Positions 8,829 to 18,800 of a DNA stretch of 44,084 bases are shown piece by piece. Location: positions 1 through 44,084 of the forward strand of contig CAVFCJ010000001.1 of NCBI GenBank assembly GCA_963620965.1, in the 5' to 3' direction. The position numbers and the translations under genes were made by a program. The DNA comes from a bacterium (GTDB taxonomy: Bacteria > Bacillota > Clostridia > Christensenellales > CAG-917). Numbering within the stretch: position 1 is the first letter of the stretch; each line of letters starts with the position of its first letter. The notes beneath the pieces were generated by a model. It ran no database searches and was not told the DNA's origin. It saw only the letters and a program-made list of their open reading frames with translations.

Positions 8829-9602
8829 TTATTTTAGACATGTAAACAGCCGTTTTACATTTTTAGTGGTGAGTTCTTCGATTTCTTCCATGCTCACGTC
8901 AAGCACCTCCGCCGCCTTTTGCGCGACAAGCGCAACGTACTTAGGTTCGTTGATTTTGCCCCTAAACGGCACGGGCGTCATATACGGGCAATCGGTTTCC
9001 AAAAGCAATCTGTCTTTGGGCACAACTGCCAACGATTCGAGGTTATGCTTTGCGTTTTTGAAGGTTATTGCACCGCCGAATGCGTAGTATGCATCGAGTT
9101 TATCGAATATTTTCACATACTCGCTCGAGCCCGAATAGCAATGCAAAAGCAGTCCGTTTTGAATGTAATTTCTCATATCGAAAAGGATTTTCCTCGTATC
9201 CTCGTATGCGTCGCGGACGTGCAAAATCAGAGGCAAATTCGCTTGATTTGCAAGTTCGATTTGCTTTGCAAACGCGCTCTTTTGCACTTCTCTTTCGCTC
9301 AAATCGTAATAGTAATCGAGTCCGATTTCGCCGAATCCCACGATTTTGCCGTCCTTTGCAAGTTCGAGCAATCTTTGGCACGCTTCGTCGTCGAGAGTAT
9401 CGGCGTCGTGAGGATGCACCCCGACCGCCGCATACACTTTGTCATACTTTTTTGCAAGCGTAAGCGCAAGTTCACTCGACGGCATATCGTAGCCGACACA
9501 TATTGCGCTTTCGAGATTATCCTTTGCAAAATCATCTACGGTTCTGTTGACGTCGCAAAGCAGCTTCTCGTCGTTCAAGTGGCAATGAGTGTCAATCAAC
9601 AT
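8829..9602 (-). CDS. tatD: TatD-family metal-dependent hydrolase/DNase
   Basis: MLIDTHCHLND start motif and a HVRDA motif. The ATG at 9602 lies 7 nt after the metG stop. The track ORF start at 9671 would overlap metG and is rejected. Confidence 0.9.
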   Translation of the reverse strand: MLIDTHCHLNDEKLLCDVNRTVDDFAKDNLESAICVGYDMPSSELALTLAKKYDKVYAAVGVHPHDADTLDDEACQRLLELAKDGKIVGFGEIGLDYYYDLSEREVQKSAFAKQIELANQANLPLILHVRDAYEDTRKILFDMRNYIQNGLLLHCYSGSSEYVKIFDKLDAYYAFGGAITFKNAKHNLESLAVVPKDRLLLETDCPYMTPVPFRGKINEPKYVALVAQKAAEVLDVSMEEIEELTTKNVKRLFTCLK

Positions 9603-9609
9603 AGCAACC

Positions 9610-11619
9610 TTATCGCACCACGCTACCGCTTTCGACGGGCTTCTCGGGGGATACGAGCACCACTTCTTCACTACCGTCTTCTTTCTTAAAGCAAGCGCAA
9701 AGAAGCATTCCTTGGCTCTCTATTCCGCGAAGTTTGGCGGCTTTGAGGTTGTACACGACAACAACGTTTTTGCCCACCATTTCTTCGGGCGTGTAGTACT
9801 TTGCGATTCCGCTCACGATTGTGCGAATGTCGGTGCCTATCTGCACGGAAAATTTGAGGAGTTTGTCGGCTTTTTCAACCTTTTCGGCAGTGAGAATTTT
9901 TCCGACGCGCAGTTGAATCTTTGCAAAGTCCTCTATTGTGATTTCGCTCAAATCAACGACATTTTCCGCCTTCTTGTCTTCTTTCTTTTCCTCTTTTTTG
10001 TCCTCTTTTTCGGGCGTTTCTTCCTTGTCCTCTTTGACAATACCCTTTGCGAGTAAGTCTTTTTTCACCTTGTCAACGTCGATTCTCGCAAAAATGTGCG
10101 CGGGATTTTCCGCAACTTTCACTCCGTTTTGCAAAAGTCCGAATTTGTCAAGGTCTGCGTACTCTCTCAAAGTTGTTCCGCATTGCTCTACGACTTTTTG
10201 AGAAGTAGACGGCATAAACGGCGCAAGCAAACTCGCACAAATCACGATGGTTTCTGTGAGGTTGTAAAGCACGGTTGCAAGTCTGTCCTTTTGGTTCTCG
10301 TCCTTTGCAAGCACCCACGGCATTGTTTCGTCAATGTACTTGTTGGCTCTGCGCAAAACCGTAAATATGTCGCTCAATGCGTCTGCCGAGCGGTATGCGT
10401 CTATGTTGGCAAACACTTTGTCGCGCATCGCTTTTGCAACGGATTTAAGTTCGTCGTCAACGGGCTCTCTCACGCCTTTGTCGCAAACGATTCCACCAAA
10501 ATACTTGTTTGTCATCGCAATCGTGCGTTGTACGAGGTTGCCGTACACGTTGACGAGTTCGCTGTTTATGGTGTCCATAACGAGGTCCCAACTGATCACG
10601 CCGTCGTTGTCAAAAGGCATTTGCGAAAGAAGGAAATATCTCACGCTGTCCACGCCAAAATAGTCCACGAGGTCGTCGGCGTAAATGACGTTACCTTTGG
10701 ACTTGGACATCTTTCCGCCGTCTTGCAACAGCCACGGATGACCGAAAATCTGTTTTGGAAGCGGCTCGCCGAGTGCCATAAGGAAAATGGGCCAGTAAAT
10801 CGAGTGGAAACGCACGATGTCTTTGCCGATGATATGCACGTCGGCAGGCCATGCCTTTTTGTACAAGTCGCTTGAGTTGCCGTCTGCGTCGAAACCGATA
10901 CCCGTAATATAGTTGGTGAGCGCGTCGAGCCAGACATATACGACGTGGCGTTTGTCGAACGTCACGGGAATGCCCCAAGAGAACGACGTTCTCGACACGC
11001 AAAGGTCTTGAAGTCCGGGCTTTAAAAAGTTGTTGACCATCTCGTTTTTGCGGGACACGGGAACGATGAAATCGGGGTGTTCGTCGTAGTATTTCAAAAG
11101 GCGGTCGGCGTATTTGCTCATATTGAAGAAATACGCTTCTTCTTCCGCCATCTCGACTTTGCCGCCGCAGTCGGGGCATTTGCCGTCGACGAGTTGGCTT
11201 TCCGTCCAAAACGATTCGCAAGGCGTGCAGTACCAACCCTTGTACGAGCCTTTGTAGATGTCGCCTTGTTTATAGAATTTTTCAAATATCTTTTGCACCT
11301 GCTGCTCGTGCTCTTTGTCGGTGGTGCGGATAAACTTGTCATAAGTTGTGTCCATCAAATCCCATATGCGTTTGATGTCTGCGGCTTTTTGATCCACAAA
11401 TTCTTTGGGCGTCATCCCTGCCGCTTGCGCCTTGAGTTCGATTTTTTCACCGTGTTCGTCCGTGCCTGTTTGGAAAAACACGTCGTAACCTTCCATACGC
11501 TTTGCTCTTGCAACGAGATCGGAAAACACGATTTCATAGGTGTTTCCGATGTGGGGCTTGCCCGAAGCGTAGGCGATTGCCGTGGTCATATAAAATTTCT
11601 TTTTGTCTTGCATATTCAC
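9610..11619 (-). CDS. metG: Methionine--tRNA ligase with C-terminal EMAP/Trbp111-like tRNA-binding domain
   Basis: HIGN (KPHIGNTYE) and KMSKS (GKMSKSKGN) class-I signatures, a CxxC...CxxC zinc knuckle, and a C-terminal tRNA-binding domain (IEDFAKIQLRVGKI...). Confidence 0.96.
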   Translation of the reverse strand: MNMQDKKKFYMTTAIAYASGKPHIGNTYEIVFSDLVARAKRMEGYDVFFQTGTDEHGEKIELKAQAAGMTPKEFVDQKAADIKRIWDLMDTTYDKFIRTTDKEHEQQVQKIFEKFYKQGDIYKGSYKGWYCTPCESFWTESQLVDGKCPDCGGKVEMAEEEAYFFNMSKYADRLLKYYDEHPDFIVPVSRKNEMVNNFLKPGLQDLCVSRTSFSWGIPVTFDKRHVVYVWLDALTNYITGIGFDADGNSSDLYKKAWPADVHIIGKDIVRFHSIYWPIFLMALGEPLPKQIFGHPWLLQDGGKMSKSKGNVIYADDLVDYFGVDSVRYFLLSQMPFDNDGVISWDLVMDTINSELVNVYGNLVQRTIAMTNKYFGGIVCDKGVREPVDDELKSVAKAMRDKVFANIDAYRSADALSDIFTVLRRANKYIDETMPWVLAKDENQKDRLATVLYNLTETIVICASLLAPFMPSTSQKVVEQCGTTLREYADLDKFGLLQNGVKVAENPAHIFARIDVDKVKKDLLAKGIVKEDKEETPEKEDKKEEKKEDKKAENVVDLSEITIEDFAKIQLRVGKILTAEKVEKADKLLKFSVQIGTDIRTIVSGIAKYYTPEEMVGKNVVVVYNLKAAKLRGIESQGMLLCACFKKEDGSEEVVLVSPEKPVESGSVVR

Positions 11620-11735
11620 CTCGTCGGCAGACTAATGATGTCCGCCTTTTGGATTGATTTATACATTATACATCTTTTATTTATAAAAGTAAATCATAAG
11701 TGCATATGCGCGCGAAGCGAAAAATACAATATCGT

Positions 11736-12395
11736 ATGAACGTTGCATTTTTGTTGATAACGGCAATATCTTTGGTGCTGATGACCGTTCGCTCCCCCGA
11801 ATCCGCCTTCCCCACGATGATAGAAGGTGTACGTGGCGCAATCGAACTATCTTTCAAACTGTGCGCAATATACGCCGTGTGGCTGTCCGTTTTGAAAATG
11901 GTGGAAGCAACTGCCCTCGACAAAAAACTGTCGAAGATTCTGCGTCCAGTAGTATGCAAGATTTTCAAAAACGAATCGGACAACGCATATGACAAAATCT
12001 GCGTGAATCTTGCCGCAAATATGTTCGGAATGGGCGGCGTGGCAACCCCCGCAGGCATAAAGGCGATGAGCGCGATGAGCGACGGAAGCGACAGAGCGAC
12101 CGACAACATGATTATGTTGCTTGTGATAAACGCAACCTCCATTCAACTTGTTCCCGCAACCGTGATTGCGCTTAGGGCAAGCGCAAATTCGCAAAGTCCG
12201 TCCGACGTGATTTTGCCCACTTTGATATCCAGCGGCATAGCCACTTTGTGCGGAATGATTCTTTGCAAAGTGCTTTCGCTAAAAAAGAATAAAAACGATT
12301 CAAACGACAAAACAAGCGCTTTATTTAGCGTAAACCGCAAAATAAAACCTTCGTTTCGTAAATTCGGTGCAAAATCGCAAAGGGGTGAATTATGA
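11736..12395 (+). CDS. spmA: Spore maturation protein A / nucleoside-recognition-domain membrane protein
   Basis: MNVAFLLITAISL... followed by AIELSFKLCAIYAVWLSVLKM resembles SpmA. The start at ATG 11736 is preferred over 11700. The stop overlaps the spmB start as ATGA at 12392-12395. Confidence 0.75.
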   Translation: MNVAFLLITAISLVLMTVRSPESAFPTMIEGVRGAIELSFKLCAIYAVWLSVLKMVEATALDKKLSKILRPVVCKIFKNESDNAYDKICVNLAANMFGMGGVATPAGIKAMSAMSDGSDRATDNMIMLLVINATSIQLVPATVIALRASANSQSPSDVILPTLISSGIATLCGMILCKVLSLKKNKNDSNDKTSALFSVNRKIKPSFRKFGAKSQRGEL

Positions 12396-12904
12396 GCGGA
12401 AGCATGTATATACTGCCCGTCCTTCTCATACTTCTCATCATCGTTTGCATTGTCAAAAAGGTGAAAGTGTACGAGTGTTTTTTGCTCGGCACAAAAGACG
12501 GGCTAACCCTTGTCATTGACATCTTTCCCTACATTGCGTCCATATTCGTGTGTATAGAGATGTTCAAAGCAAGCGGACTTTCCGACATAATTTCGGGCTG
12601 GCTTGCAGTGCCGCTTGCCTATATCGGCATACCGAGCGAGGTTGCCGAAGTCCTCTTGCTTGTACCCCTTTCGGGCAACGGCACTATTGCCATACTCGAA
12701 GATATAATAACAAAATACGACGCTGATTCCTACATAGCAAGGTGCGCCTGCGTCATCGCGAGTGGCAGCGAAACCATATTATATATAACCGCCGTTTACT
12801 TCTCTGCGTGCAAGGTCAAGAAGTTGCGCTACGCTATCCCTGTGTCGCTTTTCTGTACCCTTTTGGGTGCGCTCATTGCGTGCGCTCTGTGCCGTTTTAT
12901 GTAA
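12392..12904 (+). CDS. spmB: Spore maturation protein B
   Basis: 170-aa membrane protein with N-terminus ...ILPVLLILLIIVCIVKKVKVYECFLLGTKDG typical of SpmB. AGGGGTG RBS at 12381. Translationally coupled to spmA. Confidence 0.75.
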   Translation: MSGSMYILPVLLILLIIVCIVKKVKVYECFLLGTKDGLTLVIDIFPYIASIFVCIEMFKASGLSDIISGWLAVPLAYIGIPSEVAEVLLLVPLSGNGTIAILEDIITKYDADSYIARCACVIASGSETILYITAVYFSACKVKKLRYAIPVSLFCTLLGALIACALCRFM

Positions 12905-13000
12905 AAACAACGCAAAAACCAAATTGAAACACGGGTGTGTACGCAAAAAAATTGCACACGTTTGAGAATCGACATGGCAAATCAATGAAAAACGGCATAA

Positions 13001-13030
13001 AAAAACGCTGAAAAACAGCGTTTCTTATGT
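13001..13030. terminator. Bidirectional intrinsic terminator (spmB / DUF1858 convergent)
   Basis: Stem aacgctg (13004-13010) / cagcgtt (13016-13022). A7 run upstream, which gives a U7 tail on the minus strand, and T-rich sequence downstream. Confidence 0.7.
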
Positions 13031-13118
13031 GTTTTTTGATGTTGTTTTGAAGTTTTCTTTGATGTTATTTTTCGATTGTTTTGTTGTTTTTTGCGGTTTT
13101 TTCTATGCGTTTATAGCG

Positions 13119-13319
13119 TTATTTTCCAATAGCCGCATTGAGTTTTGCAACGAGTTCGTCAACGTCGATGCCGTGCACTGCCGCCGCTTCTTCGAGAGTT
13201 TCGCCGTGTGCGAGCATACAATGCAAGCAATGCATTCCGCTCTCTTGCAACACTTGAGCGAGTTTGTCGGGGTCGCCTTGTGCGAGTACGTCGATGATGA
13301 GCATATCTTTTGTTACCAT
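13119..13319 (-). CDS. DUF1858 / hybrid-cluster-protein-associated redox disulfide domain protein
   Basis: 66 aa. The GMHCLHC motif followed by ETLEEAAAVHGIDVDELV is typical of this small-domain family. GGAGG RBS upstream. Confidence 0.75.
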   Translation of the reverse strand: MVTKDMLIIDVLAQGDPDKLAQVLQESGMHCLHCMLAHGETLEEAAAVHGIDVDELVAKLNAAIGK

Positions 13320-13422
13320 TGTTTTTACCTCCGTTTGTAGACTGTATGTTATGTTTTGTTTTTTGTTGTATTATGCGCCGAAAGCGAGCGAATCTCTCAC
13401 TGCCGCACGGGAAGCGCGCAGT

Positions 13423-14502
13423 TTATTCGAAGTCAAGATATCCGTTGAGATACAGCCACACAGCAAGCACGATAAGCCCGAGTGCAACAAGCACGGTGAA
13501 GATGACTTTGAGCGGCGATACGGGCGATTTGCCTGTTGACTTGCCCGTCCTGCCGTTTATGATGAAGCGATAACCTTTTTTGCGATAAATATATGCGCAA
13601 ACCCAAAGCGGCAACATCATATAGCGGAAGGCAGTGTCCGAGTAGGTCGTATGAACGTTAAGATAATCCACAACGTCCGCACCGTAACTGTTGATGATGC
13701 GTTTTCGAATGGCATCATCCATCTGGTCTTTTGCGATGCCGAATCCGTCCTCGAGCGAAGTGTCGTACTTCTCTGCCGAAAAGCCTGCGATGTAATCCTT
13801 GTTGTAAGCTTCGAGGTTGTCGGTGTCGTAGGGCAAAATCTTATTCATCTCTTTTTGGTTGAGTTGCGTGCTTGCCTCAACCGCCATATCCTCAAAGTGA
13901 TTGTTGGTCGAGCCTTTGACATTGTACCACTCGATATAGGTTTCTATATGTCGATCCTTGCCGCTTCCCACCGTTCTCGTGCGGCGTTCTCCGAGTCGTC
14001 CGTCATAAGTGGAGTCTGCGTTTGTGGTGAACGCATAGGACGGAATGTACACCCCCTTGAAATTTTCCACCTTGAAACTTTTTTTTAATTTAATAGGTGC
14101 AAAAATCTTCTTTTTTATCCACTTTTTGCCCGCCGCCGAAGCCTGATTTTGAGAAAGCGCAAACGGAAGAATGCTGTCGGGTTTAAGTCCTTCCATATCT
14201 TCGAGCTTGACAACGTTCGTACCGCCGCAATATGGACATTTGAGCGCAGTGTCGAAAGGTGCGAGTTGGATATCGGCGCCGCAGTTGGGACATTTGTAGG
14301 TTGCGTTGTCAACCTTCACTTCGCCCTCCTTGAGCGATGTTTCGTCGTAGACTCGCTTTATACAAACCTTTTTGTCGATTGTACGAGTTGCGTCGCAATA
14401 GGCGCAATGAAGCGCTCCTTTTTCGGGATCGTAAACCATATCCGCGCCGCAGTTTTGGCACTTTACTACAGCCGAAACGCTGTATTCAAAATCGCTTGCC
14501 AT
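13423..14502 (-). CDS. Zinc-ribbon membrane protein (YdjG-like), C-terminal TM anchor
   Basis: Two CxxC...CxxC ribbons (CQNCGA...CAYC; CPNCGA...CPYCGG) and a C-terminal hydrophobic helix VIFTVLVALGLIVLAVWLYL. Lies 28 nt downstream of the SPFH gene. Confidence 0.6.
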   Translation of the reverse strand: MASDFEYSVSAVVKCQNCGADMVYDPEKGALHCAYCDATRTIDKKVCIKRVYDETSLKEGEVKVDNATYKCPNCGADIQLAPFDTALKCPYCGGTNVVKLEDMEGLKPDSILPFALSQNQASAAGKKWIKKKIFAPIKLKKSFKVENFKGVYIPSYAFTTNADSTYDGRLGERRTRTVGSGKDRHIETYIEWYNVKGSTNNHFEDMAVEASTQLNQKEMNKILPYDTDNLEAYNKDYIAGFSAEKYDTSLEDGFGIAKDQMDDAIRKRIINSYGADVVDYLNVHTTYSDTAFRYMMLPLWVCAYIYRKKGYRFIINGRTGKSTGKSPVSPLKVIFTVLVALGLIVLAVWLYLNGYLDFE

Positions 14503-14530
14503 ATGTGATAAAACCTATCTTTGCCCTCTA

Positions 14531-15646
14531 TCAGCCGATTTTTGCGCCGCATTCGGGGCAGAATTTCATGCCTGGTTTGACTTTTGCACCGCATTTTGGA
14601 CAAGAAACGCTCATAGGCTGCCCGCACTCTGCGCAGAATTTTGCGCTTTGAGGAACGTTTGCGCCGCATTTGGGGCATTTGACCGTTTCCTCTGCACCGA
14701 CTTTCGCACCGCATTCGGGACAGAATTTAGCACCGGATTTGACGGACGCACCGCATCTTGAGCATTTGACTTTCTGCGTTTGCGCATCGTCGAGATTTTG
14801 TGCAAATTGATTGCCCACTCTTGCACCCATTCCAAGACCGATACCCGCCGCGCCGAACATACCACCCATTCCGGGATTCTTTGCCGCGTCACGCATTGCT
14901 TGCACGGATTCGTATTGAGCATACTCGCCCATCTTGCCGTCAAATACACCGAGCGTGGTGCGTTGATCCATCGCTTTTTCGACAGATTCGGGCAACTTGA
15001 AGTTGCGCACGATGACGGAGTCGATGTCAAGACCGAGTTCATTGAATCGGGGCTTCACTTCCTTGCAAACCGTGTCGCCGATTTCAAGATAATTTGCCGC
15101 AAGTTCGAGTGCGGGAATCTCACATTCGCCGAGCATATCGGTGAGTTGAGCAAGCACCAGAGATTTGAGATGCTCCTCGATGTCCTCCGTCTTGTAGGAA
15201 TGCGTTGCGCCGAAAATCTCTTTCATGAAGACTTGCGGATTCATAACATGGAAGGAGTACTCTCCGTGGCCTGCGATGCGAATCATTCCGAAGTCTTTGT
15301 CACGCATCATAACGGGATTGGGCGTGCCCCACTTCATTTGAGTGAATCTCTTCAAACTGACGAAGTACACTTCGATTTGTTTGGGATTTTCAAATGCGTA
15401 TTTCCAGTTTGCGAGCGCGGTGAGCACAGGCGTCGAACCTTCGTCAAGTTTCCAACTGCCCTCCGTGAAAACATCGCATATGCTTCCGCGATACACGAAT
15501 ATGGCGGCTTGCGACGGACGAACGATAAGTTCGGATCCCTTCATAATCGCATATCTGTCGTCGCATTCAAACTTGTGTACTAATGTGTTTTGTGAACTGT
15601 CTTCCCAACCGATGACTTTGAGGAGTTGTCTTTTGATGAGTCCCAT
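14531..15646 (-). CDS. SPFH/band-7 domain protein with three C-terminal zinc ribbons (YdjI/COG4260-like)
   Basis: The N-terminus MGLIKRQLLKVIGWED...LVHKF is typical of the YdjI-type SPFH family. The ATG at 15646 has a GGAGG RBS, and the 38-codon upstream extension in the track ORF is rejected. Confidence 0.8.
   Translation of the reverse strand: MGLIKRQLLKVIGWEDSSQNTLVHKFECDDRYAIMKGSELIVRPSQAAIFVYRGSICDVFTEGSWKLDEGSTPVLTALANWKYAFENPKQIEVYFVSLKRFTQMKWGTPNPVMMRDKDFGMIRIAGHGEYSFHVMNPQVFMKEIFGATHSYKTEDIEEHLKSLVLAQLTDMLGECEIPALELAANYLEIGDTVCKEVKPRFNELGLDIDSVIVRNFKLPESVEKAMDQRTTLGVFDGKMGEYAQYESVQAMRDAAKNPGMGGMFGAAGIGLGMGARVGNQFAQNLDDAQTQKVKCSRCGASVKSGAKFCPECGAKVGAEETVKCPKCGANVPQSAKFCAECGQPMSVSCPKCGAKVKPGMKFCPECGAKIG
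14534..14773 (-). repeat. Three tandem zinc-ribbon units in the SPFH protein C-terminus
   Basis: KCSRCGASVKSGAKFCPECGAKV / KCPKCGANVPQSAKFCAECGQPM / SCPKCGAKVKPGMKFCPECGAKI. The DNA shows a recurring gcaccgcat(t/c)... unit roughly every 75-80 nt. Confidence 0.85.
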
Positions 15647-15674
15647 AGGTGCCTCCGTTGCTTTTGTTATATGT

Positions 15675-15702
15675 ATTATATCACAAGCAAAGATATTTTC
15701 AA
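15675..15702 (-). promoter_or_regulatory. Promoter of the SPFH/zinc-ribbon operon
   Basis: Minus strand reads TTGAAA-N16-TATAAT with an extended -10 (TGaTATAAT), about 30 nt upstream of the start at 15646. Confidence 0.6.
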
Positions 15703-15758
15703 TAAAAATTTGCATTTGCACTGTTTCTGTTGCCAAAAAAATCCGCTCGTGACAAAGC

Positions 15759-15784
15759 AAAAGCCCCGCTTTTGCGAGGCTTTC
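15759..15784 (-). terminator. Intrinsic terminator of the giant gene
   Basis: Minus strand reads aaaGCCUCGC-aaaa-GCGGGGCuuuugcuuug. Seven-bp GC-rich stem (15763-15769 / 15774-15780) with a U-rich tail, 28 nt after the stop at 15812. Confidence 0.8.
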
Positions 15785-15811
15785 GGTTTTTGTTTAATCA
15801 TACGCTTTCAA

Positions 15812-18800
15812 TCAGCCGTTGATTGTAATTGTTGCCATGTCGGACAAAACTTGATACTCGGGTATGGTTTGTCCTTCTTCAACTGCGGTGTGCGAATCTG
15901 CAAAGTCCTTTGTTGCCGGTTGAGTTGTCACGACCGTGCCGTTGCCGTCCACAACCGTGCCTATCGCTGCATAGAGTTTGTAAACAACCTTGCGGTCTGC
16001 GTATGTGGGAAGCGTTACATTTGCGCCGGAGGACGAGAACATGACCGCATATGTTGCGGCAGCATTCACCTTGTCGCTGACCAAATAGACTTCAACGGTG
16101 CCGAACCAAACTATGTTGACGCTTGCTCCGCTTACGGTTGTTGTCATGTTGAGCGTAGTGCCGCTGTACAAACTCGACACCGCCAGTTTGGTCGGTTGAA
16201 GCGTTGAGTTGGTTTGATCGATATTCACCGAGATGCGTTCTTGGTCGCCGAGTTGGACGGTTGCATTGCTTCCGCTTGCGCTTGTCGTGATTCCGCTTGA
16301 CGTGACGGTGTATTGCTCGTCGGCAGGCATAGACACGATTGCATAGAAGAATTCAATCTCAGTTGTCGTGGACGCCGTCTCCGGATACGTAACCGTGCCG
16401 TCTATCGCATTGTACGTCGGATTGTAGACGTTGAACTTGCCGATGTAGGTGAACGGCATTGTCAATCTGTTCGGATCGTTGGGATCGACGCTGAACGCAC
16501 TGTCTGCAACGCCCGACGAGATGCTCGAACTGTAACCGCCAGACTTCGCCGTGAGTTTGGTCACCCCGCCCGTGACGGTGGTTTGAGCCTCCGTGATGTT
16601 GGTTGCTTCCATCTTCTGGACGAGGAACGGAATCTTGTAGGTTTGGACGTTTCCGTCAACGCCGATAAGTTTTGCAGTGACGTAAATCACGCCGCCGTTG
16701 TAGGAAGGTCTAAATTCATCAAACGACCATGCCAGTTTTCTCGTATCGCTTGTTGTCGAGTACGTTTGAGCCGTATATGTTCCGTCCGCCTGACGCTCAT
16801 TGAGAGAAATCGAGGTTGGCATCGTCGGCTTGATATACTCATACGGATTGATGTAAGCCGCAACGCCACTGTTTACGCCATAGGCGTAACCTGCAAGTTT
16901 CTTGAGTTCGGTTTCGTTTGCGATGCCGTCTTTGCCTGCCTTGACGCTTCTGTCAATCACGTTGACGGTGAATTTGATACGCTGCGTGCCGACTTCGTTT
17001 GCAGAAGTCGAATCTGTTGCAGTGTAGTTGTACTTACCGTCGTAGTTGACGATTGCGTATGCATAGTATTCGCCGCCCGCATACGTCACGTTGACACCGC
17101 TGAAATCCCACGTTACAGGCACGTCGACCTTGGTTCCGTTTGCAAGCGTGACGGTGAGTCTTGTCGGGAAGTTTGCGTAATCTCTGTTGAGTTCGTCTTC
17201 GCTGAGAAGCACATATTGTCCGTTGACAAGTTTGTATGTTCCGTCAAGATTGTTCTTGACATAAGTGCCCTCATCCGTTGTGGACGGCTCATAGCGATCG
17301 CCGCTGTAACCCGTCTTTCTTTCAAAGACATTGCCATCTGCATACGGGTCGATGACGAATTTGCCACCGGACAACAAGCCGCAGGTGTCGCCTTCTACGA
17401 GCGTTGCGTCGCCTGTCGCTTTGCTGTTGTTGACGTGTATGGTGACATCGACTTTCGATGTTGCGCTGTTGCCCGAAGCATTGCTTGTGAGAGTTGCCTC
17501 TACTGCAACGTTGCCTCCTCTATAGGTGTAGTTTACGCTGCTCGCATCCCAACTTGCGTTGAGTGTTTGAGTTGTCACGTAAACGAGGATGTAGAGGTCT
17601 TGTCCGCTTTCGCTCTTATAGGTCGTGTCCGCAGATGCGTACGTCACCTCGCCGGTGTACAGAATGTAGTTCTTGGTGTCGGCATTGTAGGTGTAGAATT
17701 TGACGCCGGTGTAGTTTCCTTCCTGACCTTCCGCCTTAAACTCGTTATTCGCAGAGTACACGCTGTAGATTCCGGGATAAACTTCGCCGTCGGTGTCGGT
17801 GAATCCGTGACGTTTGGTGTAGGTGCTGTTGTAGGTGAATTTACCTGCATTTTCGGATCTGCCTTCCGTCCACCAAGTTTGTGCAAGCATAAATTGTGCG
17901 CCGACGTAGAACGTTGCCGTTTGAGCATATTTGCTTGTGTCATAGACGGTGTTTTCTCTGTCTGCATACACGTCTTTGTTGTACTTGTACGAGCCGACCG
18001 ACATATCGTTGTATGCAAGGTCGCTGTTTGTGAGCGTAACCTTGGACACGCGAATCTTGATGGTCATTTCAAACGCATCCGTAACCTCGATTTCTTTGGC
18101 TTCCGAGTTCCACACATGTACGATCATCTTTCTCTCGAGAGTTGACGTAAGCCCTGCGAGGTCGCTTGCCGAAGGCGCGTTTTCATAAGTGATGTGGTAT
18201 TCGCCGACATCGCCGTTTGCAAACGTAAGTTGCATCGTATCAGGCAGTTTGTCTGCGCCGACGTATGCAAAGTGGTTGTAGTAGACGTATTGTTCGGGCA
18301 TACCGGTCGTCTTGTTGTAGACGATGTCGATGTATCTGCCGTCACCGTCGGTATTGTCGATGAGCGTGTCGGTGATTGTGGAATACTTGCTCGTGTCAGA
18401 ATACAGATATCTGAGGCCAGTGTCGTCAAGCAAGAGTTCCGCGTCCACAATCGTGCGATCGAGCACCGTGACCGGTATGTTGACACGTTGTTTTGCGAGC
18501 ATATATCTCGTTTCATCAGTGAGGGCGAAGTTCGCATCCGTCTTTTGCTTGTACTCGATGTAATCCTCGATTGCGACGTAAGTCGGGTTGACCTTGTTGT
18601 CGTCGGTGATATCCTCAAGGACGTAGCCGCCGTTTGCTTTCTCGATGCCAACAATCGCAGTCGCCATATATGCCGAGTTGCTCTTGCCGCTCTTGATGAG
18701 TTTGTCAACATCGGACCAGTCGAAGTACGCGTCGAACGTGTCGCCGCCCATCGTCGTGATTCTCATCCAATTGTCGAGATAAGAAGCGTCTTTGTTGAGG

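Noticed and set aside
8821-8843. The palindrome tacatgt-N9-acatgta at the tatD stop as a terminator.
   Set aside because: It overlaps the last tatD codons and has no U tail. The radical SAM gene follows within 72 nt and is probably co-transcribed.
9603-9671. The longer TatD ORF start at 9671.
   Set aside because: It would overlap the 3' end of metG by about 60 nt. The conserved TatD N-terminus (MLIDTHCHL) begins at ATG 9602.
11620-11735. T-box leader upstream of metG.
   Set aside because: Only about 80-115 bp separate metG from the divergent spmA. That is too short for a T-box, and no specifier or T-box sequence is visible.
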